This document shows positions 52,801 through 58,955 of a stretch of 64,000 nt of DNA, piece after piece. The stretch's first letter is position 1. Each line of letters starts with the position of its first letter. This stretch comes from Bacteroidia bacterium (lineage in GTDB: Bacteria > Bacteroidota > Bacteroidia > Palsa-965). The position numbers were made by a program, and so were the translations under genes. The stretch lies in contig JALONL010000003.1 of assembly GCA_025454955.1 (NCBI GenBank), positions 271,426 through 335,425 on the forward strand. Reading direction: 5' to 3'. Below the pieces are notes generated by a model. It saw only the letters and a list, made by a program, of their open reading frames with translations. It was not told the DNA's origin and did no database searches.

Positions 52801-55800
52801 CTATCCGAACGACAATACCGACAACAACGGCCTGCCCAACTTCCTCGATATCGACAGCGATAACGATGGTATTGTGGACAACATCGAAGGCCAGTCGACA
52901 CCGGGCTATACACCGCCCACTGGTCTCGACAGCGACAACGACGGTATTGACAATGCTTACGACAACTTCGCCGGCTTTGGCGGTGGTGGTGTAACGCCTG
53001 TAAACACAGACGGTACGCCCGACGGTCCCGATTACACGGACACCGACACCGACAACGACGGCATGAACGATGCCCTCGAAGGCTGGGACACCAACAACGA
53101 CGGAAACGCCGACACCACACCTTCGGGCAACGATGCCGACGGCGATGGTCTCGACGACAACTATGACAGCAACGATGCCCTCTGGAATCCGACCAACGGC
53201 CAGACACCCACATCGTTCCCGAACCTCGACAATGCTTCCACCCCACAGCTCGACTGGCGCGAAACCGACGACTCGGATAACGACGGCGTACTGAACAACG
53301 TGGATCCTGACGACGACAACGACGGCATCCTTGACATTGTGGAAGGCACCGCCGATACCGACGGCGACGGAATTCCGAACTACCTCGATCTCGACAGCGA
53401 CAACGATGGTATTCCTGATGTAACCGAAGCTGGTGGCTCTGATCCTGACGGCGACGGCATTATCGGCAACGGTCCGTTTACCGATACCGATAACGATGGT
53501 CTTGGCGATCTTGTGGATCCCAGCACCGGCGGCACTCCGCTGCCTTACCCCGACAGCGACGGCGACGGCATTCCGAACACACAAGACCTCGACAGCGATA
53601 ACGACGGCATTACTGATGTAACCGAAGCAGGCGGCACCGATGCCAACGGCGACGGCATCATTGACGGCTTTACTGATACCGACAACGATGGTCTGGCCGA
53701 TGTGGTGGATCCGAACAACGGCGGAACCCCGCTGCCCACGCCCGACAGCGACGGAGACGGCAACGACGATTACGTAGATCTCGACAGCGACAACGACGGC
53801 ATAACCGATGTAACCGAAGCAGGCGGCACCGATGCCAACGGCGACGGTATCATTGACGGCTTTGCCGACACCGACAACGATGGTCTGAGCGACAACGTGG
53901 ACACCAACAACGGTGGCACTGCATTGCCCACACCCGACAGCGATGGCGACGGCAACGACGATTACGTGGATCTCGACAGCGACAACGACGGCATTCCTGA
54001 TGTGGTAGAAGCAGGCGGCACCGATGCCAACGGCGATGGCGTAATTGACGGCTTTGCCGATACCGACAACGATGGTTTGAGCGATAACGTGGACACCAAC
54101 AACGGTGGCACCGCACTGCCAAACCCCGACAGCGATGGCGATGGACTTAACGATGTAATCGACCTCGACAGCGACAACGACGGTATTACCGATGTAACCG
54201 AAGCTGGCGGCACCGATGCCAACGGTGACGGCATCATTGATGGCTTTGCCGATACCGACAACGACGGTCTGAGCGATAACGTGGACACCAACAACGGTGG
54301 CACCGCATTGCCCACACCCGACAGCGATGGCGACGGCAACGACGATTACGTGGATCTCGACAGCGATAACGACGGTATTGCCGATGTAGTGGAAGCAGGC
54401 GGCACCGACGCCAACGGCGATGGTATAATTGACGGCTTTGCCGATACCGACAACGATGGTTTGAGCGATAACGTGGACACCAACAATGGCGGCACCGCAT
54501 TGCTCAACCCCGATACCGACGGCGACGGATTGAACAACGTAGTTGATCTCGACAGCGACAACGACGGCATTACCGATGTAGCCGAAGCAGGTGGCACCGA
54601 CGCCAACGGCGACGGCATCATTGACGGCTTTGCCGATACCGACAACGATGGTCTGAGCGATAACGTAGACACCAACAACGGCGGAACAGCACTGCCTGTG
54701 CCTGACACCGACGGCGATGGTGTGGACAATTACCTCGACCTCGACAGCGACAACGATGGCATTACCGATGTAATTGAGAACGGCGGTGCCGACAGCAACG
54801 GCGATGGTATCATTGACGGATTTGCCGACACCAACAACAACGGTCTTGCCGATGATGCCGATCCGGCAAACGGAGGAACTCCGTTTGGCGAAGCCGATCA
54901 GGATGGTGATAACATTCCGAATTACCTTGATCTCGACAGCGATAATGATGGAATAGTGGACATTGTGGAAACCGGCGGAACCGACGCCAACGGCGACGGT
55001 CAGGTGGATGCATTTGCCGATACCAACGGAAACGGTTTGGCCGACAGCGTGGATCCTGCCACCTCCGGCACACCCAATACCACTACCGGCAACGATACCA
55101 ACAGCGATGGCCGTCCGGACAGCTACCCGAACGACAATGCAGATAACAGTGGTCGTCCCGACTTCCTGGATATTGATGCCGATAACGATGGTATTGTAGA
55201 TAACATCGAAGCGCAGTCAACCACCGGTTATGTGGCGCCCACGGGCAACGATACCGACGGCGACGGCATTGATGATGCGTATGACACTACACCGGGCTTT
55301 GGTGGCGCAGGCGTAACACCTGTGAACACCGACGGTGCCGATACACCCGACTACATTGATACCGACACCGACAACGACGGCTTCTCGGATCTGGTAGAAG
55401 GCAACGACTTCAACAACAACAACCAGCCCGATGTACTGCCCAGCGGTAACGATACGGATGGCGACGGACTGGATGATTCCTACGACAACGTAAACACCAC
55501 CGGCACCGCCAACGTAACCAACAACGATGCTCCCGCCACCGGAACCACATTCCCCGACGTGGATGTAGTGGGCGGTGAACTCGACTGGCGCGATCCGGTG
55601 GATACCGATGGTGATGGTATTTCCAACAACATTGACATTGACGATGACAACGATGGAATTACCGACGTAACCGAAGCAGCCACCGCCTCAAACAACGGCG
55701 ATACCGACGGAGACGGAATTCCCGATCAGCTTGATCTCGACAGCGACAACGACGGCATTGCCGACGTAATTGAAGCCAATGGTTCTGACCCCGACAACGA

Positions 55801-57973
55801 CGGCGTAACCGGCACCGGTCCCATTACCGACCTCAACGGCGACGGTCTGGCTGACAACCTCGGCCCGAACGGTTTGCCCGGCGTGGATACCGATGGCGAT
55901 GGTCGTCCTGACTTCCAGGATCTCGACAGCGACAACGACGGCATCAACGACCTCACCGAAAGCGGCGGCAACCAGACCGATGCCAACAGCGACGGCCAAG
56001 TAGATGGCCCCGACACCGACGGCGATGGTTTGCCCGACAGCTCTGACAGCAGCAACGGCGGCTCGCTTACCGGCAACCCAACCGACTTTGACGGCGACGG
56101 CGTGGACGACTACCGCGACCTTGATTCGGACAACGACGGTATTAACGACGTGGTAGAATCGGGCAACGGTGCGCTGGATGCCAACAACGACGGTATTGTG
56201 GACGGCGGCGATGCCGACAACGACGGTATCCGCGATGCGGCCGATGCCAACGACACCACTTTCGGCGATCCGGATACGACTGATGCTCCGGGCGATTTCG
56301 ATGGCGATGGTAACCCTGATTACAACGACCTCGACAGCGACAACGACGGCATCAACGACATCACCGAAGCCAACCTCGACAACCTCGATACCAACAGCGA
56401 CGGTGTAGTGGATGGCCCCGATACCGACGGCGACGGCATTAACGATCCGGCCGACGGAGCCAACGGAACCTTTGGCGATGCCAACAGCCCGGCACTGCCC
56501 GATACCGACGGCGACGGCACACCCGATTACACCGATCTCGACAGCGATAACGACGGCATCAACGACATTACCGAAGCCGGTCTCGACAACCTCGATGCCA
56601 ACAGCGACGGCGTAGTGGATGGCCCTGATACCGACGGCGATGGAATAAACGACCCGGCCGATGCCAACGATGGCCTGTATGGCGATCCTGACACGACCGA
56701 TATTCCGACCGACTTTGACGGCGACGGAGTTCCGGATTACCGCGATCTCGACAGCGACAACGACGGTACAAACGATGTAGTGGAATCGGGCAATGCCAGT
56801 GCCGACCTGAACGGCGACGGATTAGTGGACGGCACCGATACTGACGGCGATGGTATTGTAGATGTGGTAGATGCCAGCAACGGCACCTACGGCGATGCGG
56901 ATGTAAACGACACACCCGTGGACACCGACGGCGACGGCCAGCCCGACTACAACGACCTCGACAGCGACAACGACGGCATCAATGATGTGATTGAAGCCGG
57001 CAACGGTGCTCTCGATACCAACAACGACGGCATAGTGGATGGCCCCGATACCGACGGCGACGGCATAAACGACCCGGCCGACGGCAACACCGGAGTATTT
57101 GGCGACACGCCGGGCAATCCGCTGCCTGACACCGACGGCGACGGAGTTCCCGACTACCTCGATCTTGATTCCGACAATGACGGCATCAACGATGTGGATG
57201 AAGGCGGCAACGGCGACCTCGATGCCAACAACGATGGCATAATTGACGGTGTGGACACCGACGGTGACGGCATCCTTGATCCGGTTGACGGAAGCACCGG
57301 TTACGGCGACAACCCCGGCAACCCGCTGCCGCCAGATACAGATGGTGACGGAATTCCCGACTATCAGGATCTCGACAGCGATAACGACGGAATCTTCGAT
57401 GTGGATGAAAACGGCAACGGAGATCTTGATACCGATAACGACGGAACCATTGACGGCAACGATACCGATGGAGATGGTATTCTCGATCCGGTTGACGGAG
57501 CAAACGGAACCTGGGGCGATGCCGGAAACAATCCAGTGGACACCGACGGCGACGGAACACCGAACTATCAGGATCTCGACAGCGACGGTGATGGAATTCC
57601 CGACGGCACCAGCGACGAAGTAATTGCCGAAGACTGCGACGGCGATGGAATCTCGAACTACCTCGATCCCGATCCGTGCGATCTGTTAGTTCCGGAAGGC
57701 TTCTCACCGAACGGTGACGGTACCAACGATTTCTTCGAAATCAAAGGCATCACGGCATTCCCGAACAACAACATTCAGATCTTCAACCGCTGGGGTAATC
57801 TGGTGTACGAAGGCAATGGCTACGACAATGCCGCAGTACGCTGGGATGGCACCAACAAGGCCGACGGTATAAGCACCGGCAGCGGTCTGGTTCCGGAAGC
57901 CACTTACTTCTACGTGATTGATCTGGGCGACGGAAGCCCGGTAATGAAAGGTTACATCTACGTGAAATACTGA
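43823..57973 (+). CDS. Giant T9SS type B CTD surface protein (SBBP propeller, PKD, 15 Ig-like repeats, Asp-rich TSP3-like repeats, gliding-motility CTD)
   Basis: Uninterrupted ~4,700-codon ORF. Signal peptide LFA|Q, FEENKGQ..., STYLGG and FPTT.GAF repeats, YLWDFGD...HTY PKD. C-terminal VPEGFSPNGDGTND...IFNRWG...WDG...TYFYVI...KGYIYVKY. Confidence 0.93.
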   Translation: MLHFTKQMLTASLLLLGNVLFAQNFSSEPQARFEENKGQWDQAVLYRTELNNGFIYHERGGYTVHFSNLSDAYEQFHHSGDDAADVQIKNDVMKVSFVGASSLTQTRAAGRNPVSRSYFTNNKLINQTSDVGTFNELSYEQLYPGISLTYRSYRDIIKYDYLIAPGADASLIRLEYKGATKQEIDSEGNLITYNSLGTIKEYAPVAYQEMPTGRVDVAVQFVIQNGQVSYYFPNGYDTNYPLVIDPFLAASTYSGSVADNWGFTACPGPNGVMCMAGVAFAAGYPTTVGAFQTTFAGATDVSISIFSANGQNLLASTYLGGTGNEYPHSIIAAANGDLYVLGRTESNNFPTTVGCFDNSFNGGTTDIFVARLNSSLTTLIASTYVGGNGLDGTNVVNSFTGTTQTRFSYADNGRGQIRLDGSGNVCVASCTQSSDFPTTAGAFDITLSGTQDGVVFKMNNTLTTQVYSTLVGGAAFDACFSLQIGTGNTLFVAGLTNSADFPTTAGTLHTTARGGVDGFVFQINSTGTALTASTYLGTTNKDGVFNVDVNTSGVYVYGLSTGGTYPVTPGTYSNANSSQFIHGLDLTLTTTLFSTVFGNGVTPNLSPTAFEVDTCLKIYAAGWGRCFDGGTNIGMPTTVGAFQTTTDNCDFYFIVLEPNAASLRYGTYFGQNGGTADHVDGGTSLFSNNSTESGVVYQAVCASCGAATNGFPVTPSAYSPVDGSTNCNNAVFKFDLETYSPGAAAIASSGNGCVGAPIAFTNNSTNANTYLWDFGDASTSTLTNPSHTYAAAGTYTVTLVAYNSTTCILSDTATTVVTITQPSVSVSVTSGTNPTCNGSSVTLTAAGADTYTWNPGALTGTSVVVSPATTTTYTVIGTTTATGCTDTATITITVNPIPATPTPGSNSPVCTGNTLNLTTAAVAGATYSWTGPGGFTSSLQNPTRPTATLAMAGTYSVTVTVAGCTSAAGTTAVTINSTPATPTAGSNSPVCTGNTINLSTPTVAGATYSWTGPSAFSSSLQNPTRPSATVAMAGTYSVTVTVGGCTSAAGTTAVVVNATPAAPTASSNSPVCTGNTINLSTPTVAGATYAWTGPSAFSSSLQNPTRPSATVAMAGTYSVTVTFGGCTSAAGTTAVTINTTPATPTAGSNSPVCTGNTLNLTTPLVAGATYSWTGPNSFISSVQNPSITGVTAAAAGTYSVTVTVGGCTSAAGTVAVVVNTTPATPTASSNSPVCTGNTINLSTPTVAGATYAWTGPAAFSSSLQNPTRPTATLAMAGTYSVTVTVSGCTSAAGTTAVVVNSTPATPTASSNSPVCSGNTLNLSTPLVAGATYSWTGPNSFTSSLQNPTITGVTTAATGTYSVTITVGGCTSAAGTTAVTINPTPATPAPTSNSPVCVGNTINLSTATVAGASYSWTGPAAFTSALQNPTRASATLAMAGTYSVTVTVGGCTSAAGTTVVNVVSLPATPTASSNSPVCTGNTLNLSTPTVAGATYAWTGPNSFTSSVQNPSITGITTAAAGTYSVTVTVGGCTSAAGTTVVTVNTTPAAPTASSNSPVCSGNTLNLSTPAVASATYSWTGPNSFTSSLQNPTITGVTTAATGTYSVTVTVSGCTSAAGTTAVTINPTPATPAPTSNSPVCLGNTINLSTATVAGATYSWTGPASFTSTLQNPTRPSATLAMAGTYSVTVTVGGCTSAAGTTVVNVVSPPATPTASSNSPVCTGNTLNLSTPTVAGATYAWTGPNSFTSALQNPSITGITAAAAGTYSVTVTVGGCTSAAGTTVVTVNNTPATPTASSNSPVCSGNTLNLSTPAVVGATYSWTGPNSFTSTLQNPTITGVTTAATGTYSVTVTVNGCTSAAGTTAVIINATPAAPTASSNTPVCSGNTINLSTPTVAGATYSWTGPASFTSSLQNPTRPSATVAMAGTYSVTVTVAGCTSGIGTTAVVVNPTPATPTASSNSPVCTGNTLNLTTPAVVGATYSWTGPNSFSSSLQNPSVTNVTTADAGTYSVTVTVNGCTSVAGTTAVIINTTPLAPAISSNTPVCATTPLNLTAATVAGATYAWSGPNSFTSTLQNPTIASAPLAANGTYSLVITVNGCPSTQTTTVVSVVTCPDTDGDGIFDPYDPDDDNDGILDVTEGTGDVDGDGIPNSLDLDSDNDGITDVAENGGADSDGNGIIDNCTDVDSDGLCGVVDPSTGGTPLATLNNDGDGLPNFLDLDADNDGIVDIIEVGGTDANGDGQVDGIADSDSDGLRDAVDPNQSGIPIFTTGADANTDGRPDSYPTDNADNNGLPNFLDIDADNDGIVDNIEGQSSAGYTPPTGTDSDGDGIDNAYDNFAGFGGAGVTPVNTDAATDGADYIDTDADNDGDLDALEGWDTDNNGVANTLPAGTDADGDGLDDNYDTNDALWNPGNGQTPTSFPNLDNTATPQLDWREALDNDGDGVTDINDPDDDNDGVTDIAEGTGDADGDGIPNNLDLDSDNDGITDVIENGLLDANGDGIVDGFTDVDNDGLNDAQDPSQSGTPVTPGDRDNDGVPNFLDLDSDNDGITDVAENGGADADGDGRIDGFTDTNGNGLADNVDPTAGGTPLPTLNSDGDSAPNYLDLDSDNDGIVDIIEVGGTDANGDGQVDGTADADGDGLRDTVDPTQSGTPIFTTGADTNNDGRPNSYPNDNADSNGLPNFLDIDADNDGIADNIEGQSTAGYTPPTGNDTDGDGIDDAYDTTAGFGGAGVTPVNTDSASDGADYIDTDADNDAISDAIEGWDTNGDNVADTTPSGNDADGDGLDDNYDNNDALWNPTNGQTPTSFPNLDNPSTTQLDWREIEDFDNDGVANAFDPDDDNDGILDVTEGTADTDGDGNPDATDLDSDNDGITDVAENGGADADGDGFIDNFTDADNDGLADAVDPSQGGTPLATLDNDGDGRPNYIDLDSDNDGIVDIIEAGGTDADGNGIVDNATDADNDGLYDVVDPTQSGTPIFTTGADTNNDGRPDSYPNDNTDNNGLPNFLDIDSDNDGIVDNIEGQSTPGYTPPTGLDSDNDGIDNAYDNFAGFGGGGVTPVNTDGTPDGPDYTDTDTDNDGMNDALEGWDTNNDGNADTTPSGNDADGDGLDDNYDSNDALWNPTNGQTPTSFPNLDNASTPQLDWRETDDSDNDGVLNNVDPDDDNDGILDIVEGTADTDGDGIPNYLDLDSDNDGIPDVTEAGGSDPDGDGIIGNGPFTDTDNDGLGDLVDPSTGGTPLPYPDSDGDGIPNTQDLDSDNDGITDVTEAGGTDANGDGIIDGFTDTDNDGLADVVDPNNGGTPLPTPDSDGDGNDDYVDLDSDNDGITDVTEAGGTDANGDGIIDGFADTDNDGLSDNVDTNNGGTALPTPDSDGDGNDDYVDLDSDNDGIPDVVEAGGTDANGDGVIDGFADTDNDGLSDNVDTNNGGTALPNPDSDGDGLNDVIDLDSDNDGITDVTEAGGTDANGDGIIDGFADTDNDGLSDNVDTNNGGTALPTPDSDGDGNDDYVDLDSDNDGIADVVEAGGTDANGDGIIDGFADTDNDGLSDNVDTNNGGTALLNPDTDGDGLNNVVDLDSDNDGITDVAEAGGTDANGDGIIDGFADTDNDGLSDNVDTNNGGTALPVPDTDGDGVDNYLDLDSDNDGITDVIENGGADSNGDGIIDGFADTNNNGLADDADPANGGTPFGEADQDGDNIPNYLDLDSDNDGIVDIVETGGTDANGDGQVDAFADTNGNGLADSVDPATSGTPNTTTGNDTNSDGRPDSYPNDNADNSGRPDFLDIDADNDGIVDNIEAQSTTGYVAPTGNDTDGDGIDDAYDTTPGFGGAGVTPVNTDGADTPDYIDTDTDNDGFSDLVEGNDFNNNNQPDVLPSGNDTDGDGLDDSYDNVNTTGTANVTNNDAPATGTTFPDVDVVGGELDWRDPVDTDGDGISNNIDIDDDNDGITDVTEAATASNNGDTDGDGIPDQLDLDSDNDGIADVIEANGSDPDNDGVTGTGPITDLNGDGLADNLGPNGLPGVDTDGDGRPDFQDLDSDNDGINDLTESGGNQTDANSDGQVDGPDTDGDGLPDSSDSSNGGSLTGNPTDFDGDGVDDYRDLDSDNDGINDVVESGNGALDANNDGIVDGGDADNDGIRDAADANDTTFGDPDTTDAPGDFDGDGNPDYNDLDSDNDGINDITEANLDNLDTNSDGVVDGPDTDGDGINDPADGANGTFGDANSPALPDTDGDGTPDYTDLDSDNDGINDITEAGLDNLDANSDGVVDGPDTDGDGINDPADANDGLYGDPDTTDIPTDFDGDGVPDYRDLDSDNDGTNDVVESGNASADLNGDGLVDGTDTDGDGIVDVVDASNGTYGDADVNDTPVDTDGDGQPDYNDLDSDNDGINDVIEAGNGALDTNNDGIVDGPDTDGDGINDPADGNTGVFGDTPGNPLPDTDGDGVPDYLDLDSDNDGINDVDEGGNGDLDANNDGIIDGVDTDGDGILDPVDGSTGYGDNPGNPLPPDTDGDGIPDYQDLDSDNDGIFDVDENGNGDLDTDNDGTIDGNDTDGDGILDPVDGANGTWGDAGNNPVDTDGDGTPNYQDLDSDGDGIPDGTSDEVIAEDCDGDGISNYLDPDPCDLLVPEGFSPNGDGTNDFFEIKGITAFPNNNIQIFNRWGNLVYEGNGYDNAAVRWDGTNKADGISTGSGLVPEATYFYVIDLGDGSPVMKGYIYVKY
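46505..50149 (+). repeat. 15 tandem 243-bp (81-aa) Ig-like repeats
   Basis: Unit ...SNSPVC.GNT.NL.T..VAGATY.WTGP..F.S.LQNP.....AGTYSVTVTV.GCTSAAGTT.V, counted in the translation. Confidence 0.95.
50162..57679 (+). repeat. Asp-rich thrombospondin type 3-like repeats (nested 192-bp and 972-bp periods)
   Basis: Recurrent DLDSDNDGI.D and D.DGDG. LDWR landmarks at 51116, 52280, 53252 and 55583. Confidence 0.9.
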
Positions 57974-57989
57974 TAGGAGGGAAGAAGCT

Positions 57990-58955
57990 ATGAACAGATC
58001 TCAAAAAATGATCGTCATGAAAACGAAAGTATGGTTAACCACAGCAGTGCTTGCACTGCTGTGGGCTGCCGATGTACATGCACAGCAGGATCCGCAGTTT
58101 ACCCATTACATGTACAACACACTCAGTGTAAATCCCGCCTACGCAGGCAGCCGCGGATCGCTGAATGTGAGTGCGCTTCACCGCCAGCAGTGGATAGGTT
58201 TTGAAGGTGCGCCAATGACACAAACCGTTTACGCTCACATGCCGCTGCCCAACGAAAAAATGGGCGTGGGGCTTTCGGTGGTAAACGATAAAATCGGGCC
58301 GCTCAATCAAACTTTTATCTACGGCGATTATTCATACACTGTACGTTTGACGAGTGCCGTGAAACTGGCATTCGGTATCAAGGCAGGTTTGAATATGTTT
58401 CAGCCCAAGATTGCCGGGTTGAGCACCATTGATGCGTCTGATCCTTCGTTTGTAAACAGCACGCTTGAGCGTTCCATCAAACCCAACCTCGGAGCCGGTT
58501 TATACCTGCACCACGAGCGTTGGTACATTGGTGCCAGTTCGCCACGCTTGCTGGAAAACAAGTTTAACCTTAACGGTGTTTCTGCCAACGATACGAATAC
58601 GGTGAAAGAAATCCGCCACCTGTTTCTAATTGGCGGATTGGTATTTCCGATTAACAGCGAACTCAAACTGAAACCCACCGTTCAAACCAAGCTGGTTAAA
58701 AACGCGCCGCTTTCGCTCGATGCCACGGTAGAGGCGTTAATCCGCGACCAGTTTAACCTTGGTGTGGGTATGCGTTTGGGCGATAGTTTCTACGGACTGG
58801 TAGGCTATCAGTTCAACGATCAGTTCAAGGCCGGTATGTCTTACGATTATACGATAGGCCCGTTGCGCAACGTGAATGGAAATACAGTAGAGATTTTCCT
58901 CAGTTACGATTTCTTTTTCCGCAACGATAAAATCCGCTCACCGCGTTATTTCTGA
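57990..58955 (+). CDS. T9SS membrane protein, PorP/SprF family
   Basis: AQQDPQFTHYMYN....NPAYAG, RQQW.G..GAP and C-terminal SPRYF. Directly follows the type B CTD gene. Start may be a later Met. Confidence 0.93.
   Translation: MNRSQKMIVMKTKVWLTTAVLALLWAADVHAQQDPQFTHYMYNTLSVNPAYAGSRGSLNVSALHRQQWIGFEGAPMTQTVYAHMPLPNEKMGVGLSVVNDKIGPLNQTFIYGDYSYTVRLTSAVKLAFGIKAGLNMFQPKIAGLSTIDASDPSFVNSTLERSIKPNLGAGLYLHHERWYIGASSPRLLENKFNLNGVSANDTNTVKEIRHLFLIGGLVFPINSELKLKPTVQTKLVKNAPLSLDATVEALIRDQFNLGVGMRLGDSFYGLVGYQFNDQFKAGMSYDYTIGPLRNVNGNTVEIFLSYDFFFRNDKIRSPRYF

Noticed and set aside
52280-53252. 972-bp Asp super-repeat equals 4 x the 243-bp Ig period
   Set aside because: There is no sequence similarity between the two repeat classes, so I treat this as coincidence.
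52265-53584. 439-aa antisense ORF and many shorter ones inside the giant gene
   Set aside because: They are Val- or Ser/Pro-rich mirror translations of GAC/AAC/GGC repeats, which generate few antisense stop codons.
46505-57679. Tandem DNA repeats as a CRISPR array or mobile element
   Set aside because: The repeats are in-frame coding units (243, 192 and 972 bp) with no unique spacers and no cas genes.
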